Assembly (NCBI GenBank): GCA_963816845.1
Contig: CAWFMR010000050.1
Span: 58,993-122,992, forward strand
From: an uncultured Actinomycetes bacterium
Lineage (GTDB): Bacteria > Actinomycetota > Thermoleophilia > Solirubrobacterales > Solirubrobacteraceae
DNA: 64,000 nt
Reading direction: 5' to 3'
The notes below the pieces were generated by a model, which saw nothing but the letters and a program-made list of their open reading frames with translations, was not told where the DNA came from and did not search any database. Position 1 is the stretch's first letter, and every line of letters starts with the position of its first letter. Shown here piece by piece: positions 38,487 to 47,086 of this stretch. A program made the translations under genes and the position numbers.

Positions 38487-39050
38487 TTCGCGGGCTCGTA
38501 GGTGAGGATCACGCACTCGCCCGCCGGCTTGGCGTCGGCCAGCCGCAGCGAGCTCACGTCGCCGCCGCCGGCGAACAGCCGCTTGCCGGCGCCCAGCACG
38601 GTCGGGAAGACCATCAGGCGGTACTCGTCGACGAGGTCGTGGGCGCGCAGGGCCTCGACCAGCTGGGCGCTGCCGTTGACGAGGACGTCCCCGCCGGGCT
38701 CCTGCGCGAAGCTTCGTCACCGTGTCGACGAGCTCGTCGGGCTTGACGACGACCGAGTTGCTCCAGTCGGCCGTGTCCATCGAGGCCGACACGACGTACT
38801 TGCGCATGCCGTTGAACTTGTCGGCGAACTCGCCCTCGCGCGACGGCCACGCCTCGGCGAAGCCCTCGTAGGTCACGCGGCCGAGCAGCAGGGCGTCGGA
38901 CGTCATGACCTCGTCGAGCTTGAACTGGTCGCCCTCGGGGCCGCGCTCGTACTTGAACGCCCAGCCGCCGCGGTCCCATCCCTCGGACCCGCCCGGGTCC
39001 TCGATCACGCCGTCCACCGAGACGAACTGCGAAACGACGATCTTTGCCAT
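38483..39050 (-). pseudogene. Dihydrofolate-reductase-like (RibD C-terminal domain/YyaP family) protein. One +1 frame break at about 38697-38710 as assembled.
   Basis: MAKIVVSQFVSVDGVIEDPGGSEGWDRGGWAFKY...LLLGRVTYEGFAEAWP..VDTVTKLR continues in the next frame as EPGGDVLVNGSAQLVEALRAHDLVDEYRLMVFPTVLGAGKRLF..GECVILTYEPAK. Length mod 3 = 1. Confidence 0.7.
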
Positions 39051-39112
39051 CTCCAATCTCCTGTGTTCGTGGTGTGTGCGGTTAGACCGCGGGCGGCGGC
39101 GAAACTCGTCGG

Positions 39113-39949
39113 TCACCCGCCGATCGGCGGCCCGACCTTCGTGACGGACGGTACGGGCAGCATGGCCCAGGCAGGCGGAGCGACCCCCTCCGCCTCCGCG
39201 GCCCTGCGCGCGAAGTGGCGCTCGAAGCCAGCGGGCGTGCAGGCGATGAGGAAGCGCGCCGGCGCATCGCCGCGATTGGTGAACGCGTGCGCGACGCCGC
39301 CCGGGACGAAGACGAGCTCGCCGGATCCCTTCGTGACGAGCTCGTCCTCGACCTGGAAGGCGAGCTCACCCTCCAAGACGTAGAACATCTCGTCGAACGC
39401 GTGGTGGTGCAACGGCGGCCCGGTCGCGCCGGGGGGCATGCGGTTCAGCATCACCCCGACCCGCCCATCGTTCTGCTCGCCGCGCACGACGACGTTGAAG
39501 TGGTCGCCGGCGGGCGCGATCGGCGTGGCCGCGGCGACGTCGCCGCGTTCGCCGATCTGCCCGCCGACGGTGGTGACCGGCGGCGTCGGCGCCAGCGCCC
39601 ATGCGGGCGGGTCCTCGCCGGCGGCCTCGGCCGCCAGGCGGCCGAAGTAGGCCTCGAAGCCGGCCGGCGTGCACAGCAGCAGGTAGCGCGCCGGCGCGTC
39701 GCCGAAGTTGGCCAGGGTGTGCGCGACGCCGCCGGGCGCGAAGGCCACCGCGCCCGGCCCCGCGGCGAAGAGCTCGTCGCGCACCTGGAACGTGATCTCG
39801 CCGTCGAGCACGTAGAACGCCTCGTCGAACTCGTGGTGGTGCAGCGGCGGGCCGTCCCAGCGGGCCGGCAGCGTGTTGTCGGTCACGGACAGGGCGCCGC
39901 CGGACTGCTCGCTGCGCAGCGCGACGGCGGTGCTGAAGGTGGAAGTCAT
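39113..39949 (-). CDS. Bicupin protein (two tandem cupin domains)
   Basis: ATG at 39949 after GGGAGGA. Repeated pattern: PPLHHHEFDEAFYVLDGEITFQV..GGVAHTLANFGDAPARYLLLCTPAGFE and PPLHHHAFDEMFYVLEGELAFQV..GGVAHAFTNRGDAPARFLIACTPAGFE. Confidence 0.7.
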   Translation of the reverse strand: MTSTFSTAVALRSEQSGGALSVTDNTLPARWDGPPLHHHEFDEAFYVLDGEITFQVRDELFAAGPGAVAFAPGGVAHTLANFGDAPARYLLLCTPAGFEAYFGRLAAEAAGEDPPAWALAPTPPVTTVGGQIGERGDVAAATPIAPAGDHFNVVVRGEQNDGRVGVMLNRMPPGATGPPLHHHAFDEMFYVLEGELAFQVEDELVTKGSGELVFVPGGVAHAFTNRGDAPARFLIACTPAGFERHFARRAAEAEGVAPPAWAMLPVPSVTKVGPPIGG

Positions 39950-39959
39950 GTGGTCCTCC

Positions 39960-41426
39960 CTAGGACTTGTGGTTGGCCGTCTGCAGTGGGAGCTCGGGCA
40001 GGCGCAGCACGACGAGCAGCGCCAGCGCGGCGAGCGGAGCGGCGACCAGGAACACCGCCTGGACGCCGTCGATGACGTCGGCGCGCACCGCGTGCGCGAT
40101 GCCATCCGTCGCGTGCGCGCCGGCCTGCGCGGCGAACACCGCGCCGAGGACGGCGGCGCCGACCGCCCCGCCGAGCGCCCGGAAGAAGCCGGTCGTGGCG
40201 GTGGCGACGCCCAGCTCGCGGCGCTCGACACTGTTCTGGACGGCCACGATCAGGACCTGCGTGACCATGCCGAAGCCGAGGCCGAACACGGCGAGGGCGA
40301 CACCGGTGGTCACCTGCGACGGGTCGCCGGCGACGGCGGCGAGCAGGACGAGCGCCGCGGTCATGAGCGCCAGCCCGGCGATCGGGAAGCGCTTGTAGCG
40401 CCCCGTGCGCACGATGCTGCGCCCGGAGAGCGTCGTCGAGACGGCGATGCCGAGCATGGCCGGCACCAGCAGCAGCCCGGCCTCGGTCGGGCTCGCCCCG
40501 GTCGTCGTCTCGAGGAAGAGCGGCACGAACACCGTGACCGAGAACAGCGCCGCGGTCGCGAGGAACAGCGCGGCGCTCGCGATGGCCACCGGCCCCGTGC
40601 GCAGCAGGTGGAAGGGGACGATCGGGTCGGCGGCGCGGCGCTCGCGGACGAGCAGGGCACCGGACAGGACGATGGACGCGGCAATCAGGGCGACGATGAG
40701 CGCCGAGTCCCAGGCGTAGCGCGATCCGCCCCAGATGCAGGTCAGCATCAGGGCGGTGGTCGCGCCGGCCAGCAGCGCGGCGCCCGCCACGTCCAGCGGG
40801 CGGTCGGCGCCCGCGGCGTCCGGCGCCGGCAGGCGCAGGTGCAGCCCGGCGAGCGCGGCGGCGCCGATCGGCAGGTTGACGAGGAAGACCCAGCGCCAGC
40901 TCGCGTGGTCGACGAGCACGCCGCCGATCAGCGGACCGACGATGGTCGCCGCGGCGAAGGTGGCGGCGATGTAGCCCTGGTAGCGGCCGCGCTCGCGCGG
41001 CGCGACGAGATCGCCGACGGCGGCCATCGCGAGCGTCATCAGGCCGCCGGCGGCCGCACCCTGGACGGCGCGCAGGACGATCAGCTGCGTGATGTCCTGG
41101 GCCGTGCCGCACAGCGCCGACGCGAGGACGAAGACGAGCAGCGCGACCTCGAGGAGGAGCTTGCGCCCGATGCGGTCGCCGAGCTTGCCCCACAGGGGCG
41201 TGGTGGCGGCCGCGGCGACGACGTAGGCCGTCACGACCCACGACACGTCGGTGAGGCTCCCGAGGTCGCCGGCGATGACGGGCAGCGCGGTGGCGAGGAT
41301 CGTCTGGTCGAGGACCGCGGGCAGCATCGCGAGGACGATCGCCGCGAAGGCGACGCCCACGGCGGGCGCAGGGGGTGGCTCGCTCTGGATCGGCCGTGTG
41401 TGGTGGTGCAGCGTTGCCTGGCTCAT
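39960..41426 (-). CDS. MFS transporter, DHA2 (EmrB/QacA, 14-TMS) type
   Basis: LPAVLDQTILATALPVIAGDLG...LWGKLGDRIGRKLLL...LRAVQGAAAGGLM. ATG at 41426, 6 nt after GAAGGAGG. The ORF extends to 41444. Confidence 0.8.
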   Translation of the reverse strand: MSQATLHHHTRPIQSEPPPAPAVGVAFAAIVLAMLPAVLDQTILATALPVIAGDLGSLTDVSWVVTAYVVAAAATTPLWGKLGDRIGRKLLLEVALLVFVLASALCGTAQDITQLIVLRAVQGAAAGGLMTLAMAAVGDLVAPRERGRYQGYIAATFAAATIVGPLIGGVLVDHASWRWVFLVNLPIGAAALAGLHLRLPAPDAAGADRPLDVAGAALLAGATTALMLTCIWGGSRYAWDSALIVALIAASIVLSGALLVRERRAADPIVPFHLLRTGPVAIASAALFLATAALFSVTVFVPLFLETTTGASPTEAGLLLVPAMLGIAVSTTLSGRSIVRTGRYKRFPIAGLALMTAALVLLAAVAGDPSQVTTGVALAVFGLGFGMVTQVLIVAVQNSVERRELGVATATTGFFRALGGAVGAAVLGAVFAAQAGAHATDGIAHAVRADVIDGVQAVFLVAAPLAALALLVVLRLPELPLQTANHKS

Positions 41427-41449
41427 GTCGGCCTCCTTCGACATATGAC

Positions 41450-41462
41450 TGGTGCTGCACCA
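41450..41462. promoter_or_regulatory. Palindrome TGGTGC-T-GCACCA in the MFS/TetR divergent spacer (candidate TetR operator)
   Basis: Perfect 6-bp arms, located in the locally AT-richer 75-nt intergenic region. Confidence 0.4.
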
Positions 41463-41501
41463 AACTTATAGCAACTCTAGAAATCGTGCGCAACCATCTT
41501 T

Positions 41502-42179
41502 ATGGCTGGTACACTTTTCGTCATGAGCACGGTCGAATCGCCGCGGCCCGGCCTGCGCGAGCGCAAGAAGGAGCAGACGCGCCAGCTGATCGCCGAGACC
41601 GCGCGGCGGCTGTTCAGCGAGCGCGGGTTCGACCGCGTCACCGTGGCGGAGGTCGCCCGAGCCGCCGAGGTGTCCGAGCAGACGGTCTTCAACTACTTCC
41701 CCACCAAGGAGGACCTCGTCTACTGGCGGCTTCAGTCCTTCGAGGACGAGCTGCTGCGGACGATCCGCGAGCGCGAATCCGGTGAGCCGGCGCTCGCCGC
41801 CTTCGGCCGGTTCATCCTCGCCGAGCGCGGGCTGCTCGCCAAGCGCGACCCCCAGGCCCGCGAGGAGCTCGCGGCGCTCACGCGCATGATCGCCGGCAGC
41901 CCCGCCCTACTGGCCCGCGAGCAGCAGATCTTCGCCAGCTACACCGCCTCGCTGGCGGCCCTCCTCGCGCAGGAGACGGGCGCCGACGACGCCGACGTCA
42001 GGCCGTGGGTCGCGGCCAACGCGATGATGGGCGTCCACAGCGCGATCGTGCACCACGCGCGGCGCCGGATCGTCGAGGGCGCGCGGCACCCGAGGCTGGC
42101 GGCCGAGGTCCGCGCGCTCGCCGAGGAGGCGCTCGCGCTGCTCGGCGGCGGCCTCGACGACTACGCCGTCAAGGGCTGA
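41502..42179 (+). CDS. TetR-family transcriptional regulator
   Basis: RKKEQTRQLIAETARRLFSERGFDRVTVAEVARAAEVSEQTVFNYFPTKEDLV is the TetR HTH signature. The gene is divergent from the MFS gene. Confidence 0.85.
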   Translation: MAGTLFVMSTVESPRPGLRERKKEQTRQLIAETARRLFSERGFDRVTVAEVARAAEVSEQTVFNYFPTKEDLVYWRLQSFEDELLRTIRERESGEPALAAFGRFILAERGLLAKRDPQAREELAALTRMIAGSPALLAREQQIFASYTASLAALLAQETGADDADVRPWVAANAMMGVHSAIVHHARRRIVEGARHPRLAAEVRALAEEALALLGGGLDDYAVKG

Positions 42180-42654
42180 CCCGCAGCGCCAAGATCAGCA
42201 GCCCCGAGGCGGCGATGGCCGTCACGGCGCGCGCGTGGTTGTACGCCGTCCAGTCGGAGAGGTAGCTGCTCCAACGCGTCGCCGCGTCCGCGGCCTCGGG
42301 GTCGACGTTCATCAGCGCGTCGTTGAGCGGGACATTGGCCGCCACGGTGACCACGATGGCGCCGAGGAGGAACAGCGCGCAGCCGGCGAGCACGAGCGCG
42401 GCGGGGCGCTCGCCCCACGAGGCGACGGCCCACACGCCGAGGACCGCGCACGCCAGCGCGGTGCCGAAGAGCGCCGCCATGAAGACGGGCGTGACCGCGA
42501 GCTTGTTGATCGAGTTCATGGCGCGGATGCTCTGCGCCGGCGCGAGGCGGTCGAGGGCAGGCATCACGAAGGACGAGAAGGCGAAGAAGACGCCGGCCGA
42601 GAGGCCGCAGCCGAGCGCGGTCGCGAGGGTCAGGTACTGGACGAGGCGGCTCAT
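42169..42654 (-). CDS. DUF1772/anthrone-oxygenase-like small membrane protein
   Basis: 161 aa with 4 hydrophobic segments. Contains ..SFVMPALDRL...MNSINKLAVTPVFMAALFG...NVPLNDAL.. Confidence 0.5.
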   Translation of the reverse strand: MSRLVQYLTLATALGCGLSAGVFFAFSSFVMPALDRLAPAQSIRAMNSINKLAVTPVFMAALFGTALACAVLGVWAVASWGERPAALVLAGCALFLLGAIVVTVAANVPLNDALMNVDPEAADAATRWSSYLSDWTAYNHARAVTAIAASGLLILALRVSP

Positions 42655-42727
42655 GCCGCGTAGTGAAGAGCGCCCGGACGAGACTGTCCATGGCCAGATC
42701 GCGCGACTTCATGTGCGAGCGTCTACG

Positions 42728-42940
42728 TCACGTCTGGGTGGCGACCTCGACGTGCTGCGACCAATCGGGATCGATGGCGTCGAGCTCGGCGCCCACGTCG
42801 ACGTCGTGCCCGGCCCCCTCGAAGGTGAAGATGCGCGCGGTCTCGCCGTCGCGGGCGGCGAGCCGGGTGCGCTCCTGGAAGGCATCGAGGATGCGCTCCG
42901 CGTCGGGGCCCACCTTCGTGATGACCAGCGTGTTGGGCAT
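42728..42940 (-). CDS. Hypothetical small protein
   Basis: 70-aa ORF with a non-repetitive, acidic composition. No family recognised. Confidence 0.3.
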   Translation of the reverse strand: MPNTLVITKVGPDAERILDAFQERTRLAARDGETARIFTFEGAGHDVDVGAELDAIDPDWSQHVEVATQT

Positions 42941-42963
42941 GACGACGATGGTGCCATCATGAG

Positions 42964-43671
42964 GTGATGGCAGGCGAGCTGTGGACGGTGAATCTCGGCG
43001 TCGTCGAGTACCGCGAGGCGTGGGCGCTGCAGGAGCGCGTGCGCGCCGCGCGCCAGGCCGACGCGATCCCCGACACGCTGCTGCTGCTCGAGCACCCGCC
43101 CGTCTACACCCGCGGCCGGCGCTCGACGCCCGGCGAGCTCGCGATGGGCGAGGACTGGTACCGGATGCAGGGCATCGACATCGTCGACGTCGACCGCGGC
43201 GGCCTGCTGACCTACCACGGCCCGGGCCAGCTCGTCGGCTACCCGATCATGCGCGTGGCCGACCTCATGGGCTACGTGCGCACGATGGAGCAGGCGATCG
43301 TCACCGCGCTCGTCGACGAGGGCGTCCCCGCGCCGCGCGGGCGCTCCGGCGACGGGCGCGACTTCATCGGCGTCTGGACCGCGGAGCGCAAGATCGCCTC
43401 GATCGGCGTGCATCGCTCGCGCGAGGTGACGACGCACGGCTTCGCGGTCAACGTCGACAACGACCTTCAGCCCTTCGAGTGGGTCGTGCCCTGCGGCCTG
43501 CCCGACGTGCGCATGACCTCGGTCACGCGCGAGCTCGGGACCGGCGGCCACCTGCCGTGCTTTCGCAAGCGCATGGCCTTCCGCTTCGCCGAGGCCTTCG
43601 GCCGCCGCCAGCGGCTGGTGTCGGCGGCGCGCCTGGAGGCGGCGGTCGGCGCCGCGCCGGTCCCGGCATGA
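42964..43671 (+). CDS. lipB: Octanoyltransferase
   Basis: LLLLEHPPVYTRGRR...DRGGLLTYHGPGQLVGYPI...RKIASIGV...PCGL are LipB signature residues. Confidence 0.9.
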   Translation: MMAGELWTVNLGVVEYREAWALQERVRAARQADAIPDTLLLLEHPPVYTRGRRSTPGELAMGEDWYRMQGIDIVDVDRGGLLTYHGPGQLVGYPIMRVADLMGYVRTMEQAIVTALVDEGVPAPRGRSGDGRDFIGVWTAERKIASIGVHRSREVTTHGFAVNVDNDLQPFEWVVPCGLPDVRMTSVTRELGTGGHLPCFRKRMAFRFAEAFGRRQRLVSAARLEAAVGAAPVPA

Positions 43672-44013
43672 CGTTCATCGAGATGGGCGTCGACGATGCC
43701 GACCGCGGGCGGGCGTTCTACGAGGGCCTCTTCGGGTGGCGCTTCGAGCCCGGGCCCTCGGGCAACGGCTTCATGATCCACACGCCCGAGGGACGCGCCG
43801 GGATCCACGGCGGCGACGCCGAAGCGTCGCCCTACGTCTTCTTCGCGGTCGACGACATCGACGCGGCGATGCAGCGCGTGCGCGAGCTCGGGGGCACCGT
43901 CGAGGACATGGACGTCGAGGGCGACGAGGAGTCCCAGGCGAAGCACGGGCGGTTCAAGCTCTGCCGCGACGACCAGGGCTCACCCTTCGGCCTGCACCAG
44001 CCGCCGGCGCTAG
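43668..44013 (+). pseudogene. VOC (glyoxalase/bleomycin-resistance) family protein. A probable +1 frame break lies near the 3' end (about 43995-44011).
   Basis: MTFIEMGVDDADRGRAFYEGLFGWRFEP...YVFFAVDDIDAAMQRVRELGGTV...DDQGSPFGLHQPPA. The in-frame ORF runs antisense through the next gene to 44558. TAG at 44011-13 is reached after a one-base shift. Length mod 3 = 1. Confidence 0.5.
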
Positions 44014-44426
44014 GCCGGCAGGTCGTCGGGCAGCGGGATCTCCTGCGGCGGCGCGCCCTTCTCATCGTCCCAGGAGGCGAACGCCTCGCCGTCGCGGCCG
44101 GTGTGCTCGCCGTCGCCGCCCAGCGCGACCATCACGAGCCGCTCGGGCCCGCGGTTGACGAGCTGGCGGCGCACCTCCGGCGCGACTCGCACCAGCTCGC
44201 CGCGCTCGACCGTCTGCTCGTCGCCCTCGACGACCAGCGTCAGGGTCCCCTCGAGGACGAGGTAGACCTCCTCCTGGCGCTGGTGGCGATGGATGCGCCC
44301 GCGCTGGCGCGCCTCGAGCACCAGCTGGTTGATCCCGAAGCTCGTCACCCCGAGCGCGCGGCGCAGCGAGACGAAGCGCTCCTCGCCGTCGGGGTCGAGC
44401 TTCGTGCGCGACGTGCCGGTCTGCAT
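44010..44426 (-). CDS. Cupin-domain protein
   Basis: MQTGTSRTKLDPDGEERFVSLRRALGVTSFGINQLVLEARQRGRIHRHQRQEEVYLVLEGTLTLVVEGDE.. ATG at 44426. Confidence 0.6.
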   Translation of the reverse strand: MQTGTSRTKLDPDGEERFVSLRRALGVTSFGINQLVLEARQRGRIHRHQRQEEVYLVLEGTLTLVVEGDEQTVERGELVRVAPEVRRQLVNRGPERLVMVALGGDGEHTGRDGEAFASWDDEKGAPPQEIPLPDDLPA

Positions 44427-44436
44427 GGCCGCGATG

Positions 44437-45036
44437 CTACGACGAGCACGGCAGGGCGCGCAGGCGCGCCCGGTAGCGGACCATCGACGCGTGGACCCAG
44501 TCGCCGTGGGTCTGGTGGCGCAGCGCCGCAACGCGCTCGCGGTGATAGGGCGAGGTGAGCGACTCGTTGTGGCCGATGACGTTCTTGATCGCGATCCCGT
44601 AACGGCAGCGCAGCCAGCGCGTGAGGCGCAGCGAGGCGCGCAGCTCGCGCGCGTTGCCGAGGACGTCGCCGTCGCGGAAGCCGACGTGCTCGATGCCGAT
44701 CGCGGTGTAGTTCAGGCCGACGGTGTGCCGGCACATGAGCGAGAGCGGGACCATCTGCACGACGCTGCCGTCGCTGCCCACGACGAAGTGCGAGCACACC
44801 TGGGGCAGCTCGTGGAGCTCGACGTCGGGGACGTCGGGCGCGAAGGTGGCGAAGACGGCGCTGGTCGAGCCGGCGACCGCGACGTGCTCGACGATGACCT
44901 TCGGGTCGCGCAGCCGGTAGTCGTCGATCCCGTAGTGCCGGCGCGCGTAGGCGCGCATCTCGCGCTTGCGGCGCGCCGGATAGGGGATGTAGTGGCGCAC
45001 GATGGGCGGCGGCGGTGGCGTCGCGGCGGGGAGCAC
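44437..45036 (-). CDS. N-acetylmuramoyl-L-alanine amidase (amidase_2/PGRP) domain protein
   Basis: ..PKVIVEHVAVAGS...VCSHFVVGSDGSVVQMV...CRHTVGLNYTAIGIEHVG...IKNVIGHNES. Confidence 0.6.
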   Translation of the reverse strand: MLPAATPPPPPIVRHYIPYPARRKREMRAYARRHYGIDDYRLRDPKVIVEHVAVAGSTSAVFATFAPDVPDVELHELPQVCSHFVVGSDGSVVQMVPLSLMCRHTVGLNYTAIGIEHVGFRDGDVLGNARELRASLRLTRWLRCRYGIAIKNVIGHNESLTSPYHRERVAALRHQTHGDWVHASMVRYRARLRALPCSS

Positions 45037-45062
45037 GGGGCTGAGTTGTATCGTCCGAGGCC

Positions 45063-46040
45063 GTGAGCCAGCGCGAGCACAAGACGCGGTCGCGCGCCAA
45101 TCCCGGCGGCATGGACGTGCTGCAGGTGCTGGGCGCCGAGGTCCACGGACTGCGCGATCGCAAGCCCTCGTGGTTCAAGGTCCCCGCGCCCGGGAGCGCG
45201 CGCTATCGCGAGCTGCGCGCCCGCATCGAGGCCGAGAACCTGCACACGGTCTGCCAGGAGGCCGCGTGCCCCAACATCGGCGACTGCTGGGACCGCGGCA
45301 CGGCCACCTTCATGATCCTCGGCGACACCTGCACGCGCCGCTGCGGCTTCTGCAACGTCAAGACCGGCAAGCCGACCTGGAACGACCCGCTCGAGCCCGC
45401 GCGCGTGGCGCGCAGCGTCGCGCGGATGGGGCTGCGCCACGCCGTCATCACGAGCGTCGACCGCGACGACCTGCCCGACTACGGCGCCGGCGCCTTCGTC
45501 GGGGTCATCCGCCAGATCCGCCGCCAGGCGCCCGAGTGCAAGGTCGAGGTCCTGACCCCCGACTTCCGCGGCCAGGAGATGCCGCTGGCCAAGGTCATCG
45601 CCGAGCGTCCCGACGTCTTCAACCACAACGTCGAGGTCGCGCCGCGCCTGTACCCGGTGGCGCGCCGCGGCTCGCGCTGGGAGCGCTCGCTGCGCGTGCT
45701 GCGCAACGCCAAGGCGATGGGCGGCGACGACGTGGTCACGAAGTCGGGCCTCATGGTCGGCCTCGGCGAGACCCACGAGGAGATGGTCGAGGCGTTCGGG
45801 ATGCTGCGCGAGCACGACGTCCAGGTCCTCACGGTCGGGCAGTACCTGCGCCCCACCGAGCAGCACCTGCCGGTCGTGCGCTACTGGCACCCCGACGAGT
45901 TCAAGGCCCTCGAGCAGGCCGCCTACGCGCTGGGCTTCGATCACATCGCGGCGGGCCCGCTCGTGCGCTCGAGCTACCACGCCGACACGCACATCGAGCA
46001 GGATCGGCCCGGCGTGGGCCCCCTCGCCGCGACGGCCTAG
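45063..46040 (+). CDS. lipA: Lipoyl synthase (radical SAM)
   Basis: CQEAACPNIGDCW, the radical-SAM motif CTRRCGFCNV, and SGLMVGLGET. Confidence 0.9.
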   Translation: MSQREHKTRSRANPGGMDVLQVLGAEVHGLRDRKPSWFKVPAPGSARYRELRARIEAENLHTVCQEAACPNIGDCWDRGTATFMILGDTCTRRCGFCNVKTGKPTWNDPLEPARVARSVARMGLRHAVITSVDRDDLPDYGAGAFVGVIRQIRRQAPECKVEVLTPDFRGQEMPLAKVIAERPDVFNHNVEVAPRLYPVARRGSRWERSLRVLRNAKAMGGDDVVTKSGLMVGLGETHEEMVEAFGMLREHDVQVLTVGQYLRPTEQHLPVVRYWHPDEFKALEQAAYALGFDHIAAGPLVRSSYHADTHIEQDRPGVGPLAATA

Positions 46041-46173
46041 GAAGCGCTGCAATCCATCTGTCGCGCTGAGCACGCCGTCGAGGGCGCGTTTCCGACCGCG
46101 CATCGCATGGCGGAAGGGATGGGTACCCAGACGCCGATACGTTCGGCGCCCCCGGTCCGGTTGTGCTCGACGC

Positions 46174-47052
46174 TTGGCCCGTCGCCCGTTCACCATGCTC
46201 GCCGCGCTGCTCAGCGCGGCCGCCGTCGCCGGCACCCCCGCGGCAGCCACCGCCGCGGGCAACTGCGTGCCGGGTCCCAGCTGGCCCGCGGACCGGGCCG
46301 ACCTCGCCGCCCAGGTCGTCACGCTCGTCAACGCCCACCGCGCGCAACTCGGGCTCGTGGCGCTCGTCGTCTCCCCCACGCTGACCGCGTCGGCCGAGTG
46401 GAAGGCGCGCAACATGGCCGCCTACGACTACCTGGACCACGACGATCCCCCGCCGGACTCCCGCACCGCGGACGAGCGCGTGGCCGCCTGCGGCTATCCG
46501 GCCGCGGAGTGGGGCGAGAACATCGCGACCGGCTACGCCACGGCCCAGGCCGTGGTCGACGCCTGGCTGGCGTCCCCCGAGCACCGGGCGAACATCGAGC
46601 GCCCCGAGTACCGCGCCACCGGCGTCGGCGCCGCGGGCGCCCCGACGTACTGGGCGCAGTCCTTCGGCGCCGTGGTCGACGCGGGCAGCGTGGTCGCCGC
46701 GCCGGTGGCGCTGCCCGCGGTGCCCGCGACGGCCGCCGCGCCCTCCGGCACCACCGCGCCGGCGGTGGCGGCGCACCGCGCGGCCACGAAGCGCCCCCTG
46801 CGCGTCAGCTGCGCGCAGCGCGGACGCGGCGTGGCCTGCCGGGTGCTCGGCCAGCGCGGCACGATGGTGCGCATCGCCCTGATGCGCAGCGGGCGGACGT
46901 TCGCCCGCGCCCGCACGCGCGCCGCCGCCGACGCCATCCGCGTCCGGCTGCATGCGATGCGCCGGCTGCGCGCCGGGCGCTACGCCCTCATCGTCCGCGC
47001 CGGCTCGGCGGCCGGCGAGCGCGAGCGGCGCACGAGCCTCGTCCTGCGGTAG
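46174..47052 (+). CDS. Secreted CAP/SCP/PR-1-like domain protein with a basic C-terminal extension
   Basis: Signal-like MLAALLSAAAVAGTPAAATAA. CAP core: VNAHRAQLGL...AEWKARNMAAYDYLDH...GENIATGYATAQAVVDAWLASPEHRANI..YRATGVG. Confidence 0.65.
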   Translation: MARRPFTMLAALLSAAAVAGTPAAATAAGNCVPGPSWPADRADLAAQVVTLVNAHRAQLGLVALVVSPTLTASAEWKARNMAAYDYLDHDDPPPDSRTADERVAACGYPAAEWGENIATGYATAQAVVDAWLASPEHRANIERPEYRATGVGAAGAPTYWAQSFGAVVDAGSVVAAPVALPAVPATAAAPSGTTAPAVAAHRAATKRPLRVSCAQRGRGVACRVLGQRGTMVRIALMRSGRTFARARTRAAADAIRVRLHAMRRLRAGRYALIVRAGSAAGERERRTSLVLR

Positions 47053-47086
47053 GTCGGCGCTGTCGGGCGGGTAGCCTTCCCACGCC

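Noticed and set aside
38082-39116. A 344-aa ORF spanning two different families, and likewise the 442-aa ORF 8903..10231
   Set aside because: Each is a read-through of two adjacent genes caused by a frame break: DHFR-like plus TrmO-like, and qor plus NTF2-like. Proper stops and overlapping GTG starts appear once the break is accounted for.
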